A DNA stretch of 63,240 bases, the filler included, from Octopus bimaculoides (lineage: Eukaryota), in assembly GCF_001194135.2 (NCBI RefSeq). It is 6 parts of 5 records of this genome, joined end to end, with 100 filler letters (N's around TTAATTAATTAA, not from the genome) between each part and the next. Parts side by side here need not be neighbours in the genome. Positions count along the whole stretch, not along the records: positions 38,306 to 61,610 come from NC_068986.1; positions 61,711 to 63,240 come from NC_068982.1; 4 more parts are not named here. One strand, given 5' to 3'. A program made the translations under genes and the position numbers. The notes beneath the pieces are model-generated. The model had not been told where the DNA came from and ran no database searches. It saw only the letters and a program-made list of their open reading frames with translations. This document shows, one piece after another, positions 51,647 through 63,240 of this stretch. Every line of letters starts with the position of its first letter. The stretch's first letter is position 1.

Positions 51647-54011
51647 CAGTAGTTCTCAATCGCGGCTTCTAGAGTCATATGCGACCCTCAAGCATCCTTA
51701 AGGCGGCCCACGACTTTTTTTTAGGAATTTAATAAAAACTCCAAATGTAGAAAGTCCTCTTACATATTCAGAAATACTGATACAAAAAGTAAAAACTTTA
51801 AAAAAATAAATCAAGCATAGGTCTGTCTTCAACTAAAATCGCATTATTTTCTTTCATTCATTGACTCGAGCTTGCGACAACTTTAGCATAGACATTGAGA
51901 TACACTAGTGTGCACACACTGCTAAGAAACAGCTATTCAGACAGATCAATCACAGAACAGTAAATGAAGGTTATTAATCTGCCCAGCCCATCCGATGACC
52001 TTCGATTACCGGCGTTGGAAAAGCAAGAAACCACTTTGTCAGCTATTATTCATTCTTTCATCGACGCATTAATGATCACCCGCTGTCATGGCAGAACTGC
52101 CTTTGATGAAAGTTCGAACACTTATGCAAGAGAACCGATCGTTTCAAGTCGATCGGGGAATAAAATATTTTGTGATTGAAAACGACGGCAAGGCTCACCG
52201 CCTTCTCTGTCCTGTCTAATGATAAAGATCTTGAAGTCGTTTTATGTTGATACACCACAAAACTCATTCTGAGGAATATATTTGTTACCGAAGAGAATCA
52301 AAGAAAGGATGTTGGAATTCTTAACGTCAGCGCGCACAAAGCAACAAATTTCTTCAAACGTGATTCTAAAGACATAGAAATAGAATCATACAGGATTAGT
52401 CACATTCTGGCTTGCCATATGAAGCCGTATTCAGATAACGAAATCATGAAACAGGCTATTGTCATGTTCACAGACGAATGTTGTTCTTCAAGTATTCAAC
52501 AAAAAGCAAAGAAAATACAGCTCTGCAATGAATGACACAATCAATCGACGAGTTGGATGCTTATCTAGTAATCTACGGGGCCAACTTCTCAGTAAATCGA
52601 GGGATTTTGTTTGCTACTCTACCGCTCTTGACGGCACAAAAGACATTACCGATACAGAGCAATTAGTTGCGTTCATCAGAGGAGTCATGCCAGACTTCTA
52701 GATTTACGAAGAATATCTCCCGTTGCGTTCCATTCATGACTGCGCAAAAGGGACAGATGCATTCTATGAATTTCGTGCAAGCCTTCAAGAAGCACATTTG
52801 CATCCGTCAAAGCAGTTTTCGATTGCCAGAAATGGAGGTTCCTATACTTGGACAGAAACAAGATCTTCAAGGACTCATTGCTGGACGGTGAGCAGAGAAC
52901 AACTTTACTTCTGTAAAAGGCACCGCTGCATTATACACCAGGAAAATATCATTGCTAAATCGCTGAAAATGGCCAATACGATAGAAGCAACAATACCAAT
53001 TATACACCAGATTCGTGCATAAGCCCTGAATCATCGTAATTTTAAAGTTTTTGGCGGATATCGATGCTGACTATGGAAATGTGTTCATGCTGTTCGGTGG
53101 ATAACCGTGCCACATGCCTGAACAGGGTCTACAAACTTCCCCTAGAAATCTAAGCTTTTGCTGAAGGGAAGACAATCTCCCATCAGTTTAGCAACAAATA
53201 ATGGATTGATGATTTGACTGTAATGGTTGATATCACTGCACATTTTTCGACTTTGAACCGCACTTAGTCATGAGTTGTACGGTATAGTATCTGCCTTCAT
53301 TGCAAAGCTTCACCTTTGGATGATGCCGATTGCACGTGGTATTGCAGCCTATTTCCCCTCGCTTTCTGAGCACAAGGATAACAGATCAGGCAATAAGTAC
53401 AGCAAGATCATAAGTGACTTGATTGACGAATTTTAACGCCGTTTGGTTTGCATCAAGGTTTCCTTACCCTCGATGAAAATATTTTCAGCATCTATAGAGA
53501 TAGATGCAGTCAGAGCTCCGAAAGAATTTCAAATGGAGCTCCTGGATTTGCAGTTAGATATGGGGCTGACATCCACATTCAAAGATAGTCAGCTACATGA
53601 TTTCTGGAGGCGAATCCCAGAGGGGAAATATTCTAACTTGATTGCTAATGCACAAGAAAATGCCTCTTTATTTGGTTCAACATGTACATGTGAAGCACTT
53701 TTCAGCAAACTGGTGGGTATCAAAACAAAATATGGCAACTGATTGACTGAGCATAATGTTAACAAGCTTTTCCGTATGGTGTCTTCTACTATGATTCCTC
53801 GTTTTGACAAACTAGTTGAAAACTGAAAGCAAAATCAAGTTTCCCATTAAATTCCATTAGTCTACTAATTTTTTTTTTTTTGCGGTCTTCCCTCTATAAA
53901 TATGATAAACTTTTCTTTAATTGACTTATGTTTACTTTTTTGGTAAAGCTCCACCAAAAATATCCAGGCTTTTGGATCAGACCCGAATATCAAAAAGATT
54001 GAGAACCACCG
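51647..54011 (+). mobile_element. hAT (Charlie/SPIN-like) DNA transposon, decayed transposase
   Basis: TIRs CAGTAGTTCTCAATC / GATTGAGAACCACCG; diverged 8-bp TSD (atctcgaa / atataaaa); motifs ALDGTKDITDTEQL, CIIHQEN, FQMELLDLQ, SLFGSTCTCEALFSK. Confidence 0.88.
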
Positions 54012-54069
54012 ATATAAAACAATGTAATCATACATTTTATTAGAACACTTTTTATTATAGAACTTTTTT

Positions 54070-54540
54070 ATTATAGCCAGCCTCTTGTCTAACTTATATT
54101 AAGTATTCTCCAATGTGTTTACAAATAGCATCTATACTGTTGTAGACTTCAAACAAGCTAGGAAACAAGTAAAATCGAGAAGCGGGTTTCCAGTCACCGA
54201 CCACTTGCAGATCATGAGGTAAGTTATTCAGAAACAAGGAGAATACAGACAACCATTGTATTTCGGCTTTATTGATTATGAAAGAGCCTTCGATAACATT
54301 GAAATCACAGCTGTGCTTGAATCTTTTATCGATCGGAGACTACAACAAAATTATATACAGATTATGAAGAAAATCTATAGTCAAGGAATATTACCTTGAG
54401 ACTTCATATTAAAAGCGAAAGGATCAATATTGAAAGAGGAATAATACACGGGATTAAAGCTGCACTCACTGGAAGACATCTGTAAAAGGCTTAAAAAAGA
54501 TGAAAATGGAATGAACATAAATGGAGAATACTGAAGTCAT
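54070..54540 (+). mobile_element. RTE-like LINE RT fragment, right part
   Basis: SLLSNLY..RSGFPVTDHL..GEYRQPLYFGFIDYERAFDNI. Confidence 0.75.
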
Positions 54541-54639
54541 TTTACGCTTTGTTACGTTTTCAAATGATAATGTTAAATGATATTGAGCAACGAAAGTAAA
54601 AGGGCAGAACAAGAATAATGATGAAGAAAATAAAATATT

Positions 54640-54855
54640 AGATTCAAATTTTGGCACAAGACTAGCAATTTCAGGGTAGGGGTTTAACCGATGTAATTGA
54701 CCCCAATGCTCAACTGGTACTTATTTTATCGGCCCCGAAAGGATGAAAGGCAAAGTTTATCTCAGCGGATTTTGAACTCAGAACGTAAAGACAGACGAAA
54801 TGCCGTTAAGCATTTCGTCCGGCATGCAAACGATTCTGCCTGCTCGCCGCCTTGA
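54640..54855 (-). mobile_element. SINE family B copy
   Basis: ATCGACCCCGAAAGGATGAAAGGCAAAGT..TTTGAACTCAGAACGTAAAGAC-type core; related copies at about 891-980, 3155-3385, 30000-30450 (split by MITE), 48050-48195, 54925-55110, 55640-55805. Confidence 0.7.
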
Positions 54856-57725
54856 AGATGAAGAAAATATTAAGTAATGTTCAACATCCATGTAACAAGT
54901 GAAGTCATCAAGATCAATTGTGATATAATACTCTTACAAATTTTGTCACAAGACTGGCAATTTTGAGGTGAGGGGAACCTTAATAACATCGACCCCAGTT
55001 TTATCGACTCCGTAAAGATGACAGGCAAAGATGACTTCTTCAGTATTTGAATACAGAACGTTATATGTCAGAAGAAATACCGCTAAACATTTCCCCTACC
55101 AGCTCGCCGCTAGCTGCTAAATCATTTACACATTAAATTTCCAATTTGTGTAATTATTTTCTGATATGCGATGTCTACCTTTCCTTTGATTCCTTTATTC
55201 GGTTAATAGTATTCACTCACTCAGTAAATTTAGGTCATAACTTCAAAAATGTGCTTCTCGAATTTGCTTCCTCATAACGTTCTGGAAAATGGATATTTAT
55301 CAATGAAAGTTTCTACAAGTAGGTTTCAAATGGTGTAGATTGCAATTATATCGAACTTTACGGTGAAAGACTTTTTCTACAAATAACTTTCAAATGGTTT
55401 AGGTTATGATTACGTAGGAATTTAACGTAGAAAAATATGGGGAGGAGCGGATATTTTATGTATCTCGACTTTGTTTCCTCATCGTTTTAATGATTCAATT
55501 ACTATTATGTTGAAAAAAAAGATTCTTTTTGAGACCAATGTCGTCCCTGTCATTTCTAGCATACTAAACTACCATGTGGAGAATTAACAACTGTTCAGTT
55601 TGTTTAAAAGACAAATACTAAGATTACGATAAAATAATATTTTCTACTATTAGGCCTGAAATATTAAGGGTGGGGGGTTAGTAGATTACATCAACTCTGG
55701 TGTTCGACTGAATTCGAACTCAGAATAGAAAGACATACGAAATACCGTTAAACTATTACTTCTTTTTGCCCGGCGTTCTAACGATTCTGCCAGCTCCTCG
55801 CCGAAGAAATATTGAAAGAAATGTGTTCAATAATTTAGTGTTAGCAATGTATTCCCCTTTCTACAAAGATTTTTTTTCTTGTTTTTTTTTTTGCGCATTA
55901 AGTTCCGCTATAATTATAATCTACACCATCTGAAAGGAATTTGATGAAAATTTTCTTAAAACGTATCCATTTTCTTGAAAGTTATGAAGACGCAAAATCG
56001 TGAGGTGCAGGGATATATTTCTGTGTTTATGCCCAATTGACGAAAGAAAATTCAAGTCAGTAGTTTTCTATTTCTTTAGCAACACCCGACAAATATGAAA
56101 CGATACTGGAACGATAATGAAATTAGTTGGCGCTGGATTAAACTTATAATTGTAGAAAGTAGCATTGCAAATATTTGGGCAACTTTTATATTTCTAGAAT
56201 TATAAACAGACGTTAAAAATGCTACCCCGCAATAAATTGAATGTTGCATTGAATAAAATGTTTAATTGAAACGTGGGTGATAGAAGAAATTTCAACCGTA
56301 CTTTGATAAAAATATATTAAATCTTGAATTTATAAAACTTTTCCTTTGTACTTCCTAAACGTACAAATATCACAACGCATCGCTCTAACGGTTCTGTCAA
56401 TTAATTACCCGAATATGATCATAATGAAACGCTACACTTTGTCCCACTACGTGGCTCTTATATTTTGAAAGTCTGACTTGCGGAAAACAAACGTAGCACA
56501 GTTATTGTGAAATCGATTTCTCTTAGCTAACTTCCTCTTTCTGATAGCTCTACTAATGAATAAGTTTTGATCCTCAAATGAAACTGATCCTAAACCTAGT
56601 CAGAGGCGCGCTAAGCAGCGTTGAAAGAAATATAGGAGAGTGGAATCATATTCAACATGTCCCAGTATACTCGGACATATAAAAATATACGGTGTAGAAA
56701 TTTTGGGGAGAGAAAATATTTTCTTATAGGCAAAATATTAAAAAAAAGAAAAAAAGCATCACTGGCTATAAATGACGTCATCAGGCCATAGGTCATATGC
56801 GTTTCAGCCTCGTTATCTGATTGCTTTGATATTAGAACAGCAAACGGAACATTTGCTGATGGGAGCAAAGTTTGGTCAAGTTAGAATTAATTAATTAATT
56901 AGAAGCATACTAAGCAGCGCTGAATGAAATATAGATGTGATCAGTTATATTTAACATGCTTGCATACACTCGGACATGGAAAGATATATTCTGCAGAATA
57001 GTCTCGAAGGAAAAATAATTCCTTTTATAGATAAAATGTGTGAAAACACATCGTTGGTCTATCAACAACGTCATCTGACCGTAGAATGTATGCATTTGTG
57101 CGTTGTTACGCTTCGTTAACTACAGATATTCGAGTTGTCATTCATAGCCAAGTACTTAGTGAAGAAGTATTGGAAAACAGTGAAGGTTAAGATAGGTGGG
57201 ACACCTGAGAATGATTAAAGATATACTATAGCAACTGCTATATGTGAAGATAAACGCTCACAGCGCAAGACCCAAGTACATCTTGAGGATTAAGCGCGCA
57301 CCTCACAGCCTGGTTTTATTATTTTAAAAAGAAAGTTATTAATCTACGGTATACCATCAAATCATTCATACCTATATGCATACACATATACGTCCATACA
57401 TACATATATGTATACATACATCTATGCAAATATACATATATGCATATATACATACATGCATATATACATACAAGCATATATACATACATGCATATATACA
57501 TGTATGCATATATACATACAACTAAAAACAGTGAAAGGTAAAATATCTCTGGGACGCGATATGCAGGCTAAATACAGTGTGGAGCCAGTCTCACACATGA
57601 AATTTAGGGAGGTGGAAAAACTTCAATAAACAAAAATTATCCATGGTAGTAGTAAAGAAAGCATCTCTCTTTTTCCCACTTGCTCTCTCTCATTAACCCA
57701 CCCTTCTCTCTTTATCTTTCTCTCT

Positions 57726-57763
<38 letters not shown>

Positions 57764-59110
57764 NNNNNNNNNNNNNNNNNNNNNNNNNNNNNNNNNNNNN
57801 NNNNNNNNNNNNNNNNNNNNNNNNNNNNNNNNNNNNNNNNNNNNNNNNNNNNNNNNNNNNNNNNNNNNNNNNNNNNNNNNNNNNNNNNNNNNNNNNNNNN
57901 NNNNNNNNNNNNNNNNNNNNNNNNNNNNNNNNNNNNNNNNNNNNNNNNNNNNNNNNNNNNNNNNNNNNNNNNNNNNNNNNNNNNNNNNNNNNNNNNNNNN
58001 NNNNNNNNNNNNNNNNNNNNNNNNNNNNNNNNNNNNNNNNNNNNNNNNNNNNNNNNNNNNNNNNNNNNNNNNNNNNNNNNNNNNNNNNNNNNNNNNNNNN
58101 NNNNNNNNNNNNNNNNNNNNNNNNNNNNNNNNNNNNNNNNNNNNNNNNNNNNNNNNNNNNNNNNNNNNNNNNNNNNNNNNNNNNNNNNNNNNNNNNNNNN
58201 NNNNNNNNNNNNNNNNNNNNNNNNNNNNNNNCTGGTGTGTTTACGTCCCTGAAAGTTAGCGGTTTGGCAAAAGAGATTGATAGAATAAGTACCAGGCTTT
58301 TAGAAAAAATTAATCCTGGGTCAATTTCTTCGACTAAAGACTCTTTAAGGCGGTGCCCCAGCATGGTAACGGTTATATAACTGAAACAAGCAAAAGGTGA
58401 AAGATAAAAGAAAGAAATATATATAAGTACGGGCGTGGCTGTCTGGTAAGAAGCTTCCGGGTTTAGTTCCACTGCGTGGCACTTTGGGCAAGTGTCTTCT
58501 GCTCTAGCCTCGGGCCGACCAAAGCCTTGTGAGTGGATTTGGTAGACGGAAACTGAAAGAAGCCTGTCGTGTGTTATATATATGTATATATTTGCATGTT
58601 TGTCCCCCCCCACGGATCTTGGTTTGTTTACTTCCCCGTAACTTAGCAGTTCGACAAAAGAGAACGATAGGATGAGTACCAGGCTTACAAAGAATAAGTC
58701 CCGGGGTCGATTTCTTCGACTAAAAGGCGATGCTCCTGCATGCCACAGTCAAAATGGCTGAAGCAAGTAAAAGAATTAAAAAAATATACCCTGAGAAAAT
58801 ATGAAAGTACTAAGTACATACTTACTTAGTACCTCAGTACTATCCTCTATTTTCTCACTATTTTACCTTTGCCGCCATTACCCTTTTCACTAAACCGCAC
58901 CTTCCCTCTTTTTTTCTTCCTGTATCGTTATCTGATTCACCTGTTTTTTTTCCTTCTCCATACTATTAATAATATTCTCCTTCTCATATTTTCATCATTT
59001 CTTCCGTTCTCTATTACCCCTATCCCCACCATCTCTGTCTCTCCCCTCACACGCAACCATGGACGAATATACACATACATACATACATACATACATACAT
59101 ACACACAATC

Positions 59111-59192
<82 letters not shown>

Positions 59193-61058
59193 CACACACA
59201 TATATATGCATATGTTTGTACATATATTTATATACATATTCGTATATGCATACGATCTTATGCATTTTTATATATATATATATATATGTATATGTGTATA
59301 TATATACATGCGTACATATGTATACACACACACACACACACACACACACGTATATCATCTACTACTATTTCAGCCACACCCTAATTCTCTTCCAGTAAAG
59401 ACGACCAACCCCTTACACAAACATTCACCACCACCATTACTTTTACACAAATTAGCAACACCAGCAACGTGTTTGCCAGAGCTACAACGCTATCTTTATC
59501 TTTGATGCCACCGCCGCTATCGCTACTACAGATCAACATCATCACAAGTACCACCACCACCACCACCAACACCACCACAACTTCTCGCCGATACATTTGT
59601 TGCTCATTTTCCATTAGCACTAGTAAAAATGGTATTTCTGTTATTGCTGCTGTCCAGCTCCTGACCACTTCTGATGACTAATCCCGTAATCAAAGGAGTT
59701 CCACTCGCGACCATCTCGTCTTTATTTCAACATAGTGTATTAAGATCAGCATTATACTAATGTATTTCTTCATCTATTTTTTTCAAAGATAGCAAGCGTG
59801 TGCGTTAAGGCATATTTGGCTGCTATTTCTAATAGATCGAGTAACGGAGACCCATTTTGTTGACGTGTGGTTTGGCTTGTGGTGAACATATAGGTTAAGG
59901 TACTGGAAGTATTGGTAGTTGTGTAGTGGTGGAGATGGTGAGTGAATAGGACTAGTCTGCGGAAGCCGCTTATTATAAACATAGATAATGTTATCAACCG
60001 GTTGGTATCAAGGAAATTAATGGATTCCAACCTCTCTACTTGTTTAATGCTATCAGCCAGTTATTGTAAGTAAAGAACCTTTGTCTCAATTTGGCCAGAA
60101 ATAGATTCCACTGGAACAGTAATCCGATATATATATATATATATANNNNNNNNNNNNNNNNNNNNNNNNNNNNNNNNNNNNNNNNNNNNNNNNNNNNNNN
60201 NNNNNNNNNNNNNNNNNNNNNNNNNNNNNNNNNNNNNNNNNNNNNNNNNNNNNNNNNNNNNNNNNNNNNNNNNNNNNNNNNNNNNNNNNNNNNNNNNNNN
60301 NNNNNNNNNNNNNNNNNNNNNNNNNNNNNNNNNNNNNNNNNNNNNNNNNNNNNNNNNNNNNNNNNNNNNNNNNNNNNNNNNNNNNNNNNNNNNNNNNNNN
60401 NNNNNNNNNNNNNNNNNNNNNNNNNNNNNNNNNNNNNNNNNNNNNNNNNNNNNNNNNNNNNNNNNNNNNNNNNNNNNNNNNNNNNNNNNNNNNNNNNNNN
60501 NNNNNNNNNNNNNNNNNNNNNNNNNNNNNNNNNNNNNNNNNNNNNNNNNNNNNNNNNNNNNNNNNNNNNNNNNNNNNNNNNNNNNNNNNNNNNNNNNNNN
60601 NNNNNNNNNNNNNNNNNNNNNNNNNNNNNNNNNNNNNNNNNNNNNNNNNNNNNNNNNNNNNNNNNNNNNNNNNNNNNNNNNNNNNNNNNNNNNNNNNNNN
60701 NNNNNNNNNNNNNNNNNNNNNNNNNNNNNNNNNNNNNNNNNNNNNNNNNNNNNNNNNNNNNNNNNNNNNNNNNNNNNNNNNNNNNNNNNNNNNNNNNNNN
60801 NCCAAGGAAGAAAAGGATTATTGACCGGAAGCATGTGACCATGCCGGTGTAAGGGGAAGAGAGAGAGAGTGGTAGAGGGAGAAACAAAGGGAGTAAGTAG
60901 AAGAATAGGTGAGCAACGAGAGGAAAAGAGAAAGAGAGAAAGTACGAGGGGGAAAAAAGAGATACGTAGTAGTAACAGAGGAAGAACGAGAGGGGTAAAG
61001 CGAGATACGTAGTAGTAAAGAGGAAAAACGAAAGGGGGAAAAATGATAGAGGAAGGGA

Positions 61059-61122
<64 letters not shown>

Positions 61123-61710
61123 NNNNNNNNNNNNNNNNNNNNNNNNGAGAGAGAGTGAGAGAGAGAGAGTAGCGTCGGAAAATATAAAGTTACGAAAACT
61201 ACTTACAAATTGGTGACGCTGCGTTCAGTCATGTTAAAACAAATAGTAAATGAGTATATGCATATATACGTACAGGTATGTGCATACCGACATCCACCTG
61301 TATGTATAGGTGCATATCTGGGTACAGGTCATTGCAAACAAAATCATAGACGGAAAACACACAAGCCACATAGAGAACATTCTTCTTCATCAGCTACCAC
61401 AAATGATATATGAGCATATGCATGTATACATACATATATGTACATACCTACATCTACATGTACATATAGATGCATATCTGGGTACAGGACGTCAGAAAAA
61501 AGAACGGGAACATACAGCACAAAAAACGGACTTTGTTTACAGACAACAGAACGAACACATAGGAAAACAGACGAGCCACTTATGGAACTTTTTCCTTCAT
61601 CAGCTGCCTCNNNNNNNNNNNNNNNNNNNNNNNNNNNNNNNNNNNNNNNNNNNNTTAATTAATTAANNNNNNNNNNNNNNNNNNNNNNNNNNNNNNNNNN
61701 NNNNNNNNNN

Positions 61711-62505
61711 GGGGACCGAAAATTTGCACACTGGACATAATAAAGTCGGGGATCAAACATTTGCACACTGGACATAATAAAGTTGGGGTCCAAACATTTG
61801 CACACTGGCCATAAAGTCGGGGTCCAAACATTTGCACACTGGACATAATAAAGTCGGGGACCAAACATTTGCACACTGGCCATAAAGTCGGGGACCGAAA
61901 ATTTGCACACTGGACATAATAAAGTCGGGGACCAAACATCTGCACACTGGACATAATAAAGTCGGGGACCAAACATTTGCACACTGGGCATAATAAAGTC
62001 GGGGACCAAACATTTGCACACTGGGCATAATAAAGTTGGGGACCAAACATTTGCACACGGGACATAATAAAGTCGGGGACCAAACATTTGCACACTGGAC
62101 ATAATAAAGTCGGGGACCAAACATTTGCACACTGGCCATAAAGTCGGGGTCCAAACATTTGCACACTGGACATAATAAAGTCGGGGTCCAAACATTTGCA
62201 CACTGGACATAATAAAGTTNNNNNNNNNNNNNNNNNNNNNNNNNNNNNNNNNNNNNNNNNNNNNNNNNNNNNNNNNNNNNNNNNNAAAGTCGGGGTCCAA
62301 ACATTTGCACACTGGACATAATAAAGTCGGGGTCCAAACATTTGCACACTGGACATAATAAAGTCGGGGTCCAAACATTTGCACACTGGACATAATAAAG
62401 TTGGCGACCAAACATTTGCACACTGGCCATAAAGTCGGGGTCCAAACATTTGCACACTGGACATAATAAAGTCGGGGTCCAAACATTTGCACACTGGCCA
62501 TAAAG
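61711..62505. repeat. 37/34-bp minisatellite
   Basis: Unit GGGG(A/T)CCAAACATTTGCACACTGGACATAATAAAGTC (37 bp) mixed with a 34-bp variant ending CTGGCCATAAAGTC; gaps inside and at the left edge. Confidence 0.95.
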
Positions 62506-63240
62506 ATCACATCTTATTTCAATTTGATGGACGAGATAATAAAGATAAACGTTTTAGGGTGGGATTAATGGGACGATCCTTATAACAGGGGTCATTAGTT
62601 AGAAACTAAAAACTATGCAAGAGAATAGTAATAAAATTTAGTTAAGGTAAAAAGAGTTGGGAAGTCTTTACAAAATTATATCAATGAAGAAATAATTTGG
62701 GTAGAAATTAAGTGTGATGTCATCATAATATCCCAATGCTAAGTTGGGGGTAAGACCTTGTCAATCCTACAACGTAATTGGTCAGCTAATATTTAAAAAC
62801 AACAGCGTTCTATCGGGTCCGTTAAAAACTAATCAATAAAATACAAAACAAATTTAAGAAGAAATTGTCTAAGTGGCCTTAAATACTAAGGGCTGGGAAA
62901 TAAAAATAAATATGTATGGAGAGGAATCTGTTATTACATTATGAATACTTCTAAGATAATTTCTAATTGAAAAAAAAATTCATTTTTTGTGAAATATAGC
63001 TAAAGGGAGGTAACTGTGCAAAACATTTAAACATTATTTCGTTTTGGGATTTGGTTTGCAAGATTCTTTATGTGAGTTTGTGTGTTGAAGCATATTCTGT
63101 TGTGTCTAGGGAGAGTCATTCCCTTGTAGTGCCTTAGAATTTAACACACCGGTAATATTTCCACTCATTTACTTATTTATTTTTCTAAAATTTCGTTGCT
63201 TCTTGCAACCATTTCAATAGTTGTTGATTGTCTGTTATTC

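Noticed and set aside
61655-62510. Three 230-280-aa Cys-rich ORFs
   Set aside because: Produced by the stop-free minisatellite; no start context, splice signals or unique sequence.

Overview
AT-rich, gap-ridden animal genomic DNA, probably cephalopod/octopus (inferred from SINE and microsatellite content, not proven). Almost every long ORF in the supplied track is an artefact of microsatellites or N gaps. Reading splice signals on the minus strand gives two host-gene signals the ORF track misses. (1) A spliced ependymin-related (EPDR-like) secreted-protein gene at about 23.3-39.8 kb: signal-peptide exon, four well-supported core exons with the Cys pattern and DPSVFxIPxxC end, a terminal exon and polyA signal, plus a candidate chain of 36/11/22/33-nt microexons building the N-terminus. 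(2) Three intact 72-nt phase-2 leucine-rich-repeat exons and one decayed copy at 12.9-16.0 kb, produced by local unit duplication, with no 5' exons found. The rest is a transposon graveyard: Penelope-like, RLE-type (R4/Dong-like), RTE and other LINE remnants, mariner, hAT (with TIRs/TSD), piggyBac, MITEs and several SINE families. Non-coding highlights are one canonical and several variant hammerhead-ribozyme motifs, an ORF1-only zinc-knuckle retroelement in two copies, a perfect 69-bp hairpin and a 37/34-bp minisatellite. Repeat boundaries are approximate; exon boundaries were counted by hand. No database searches were run.
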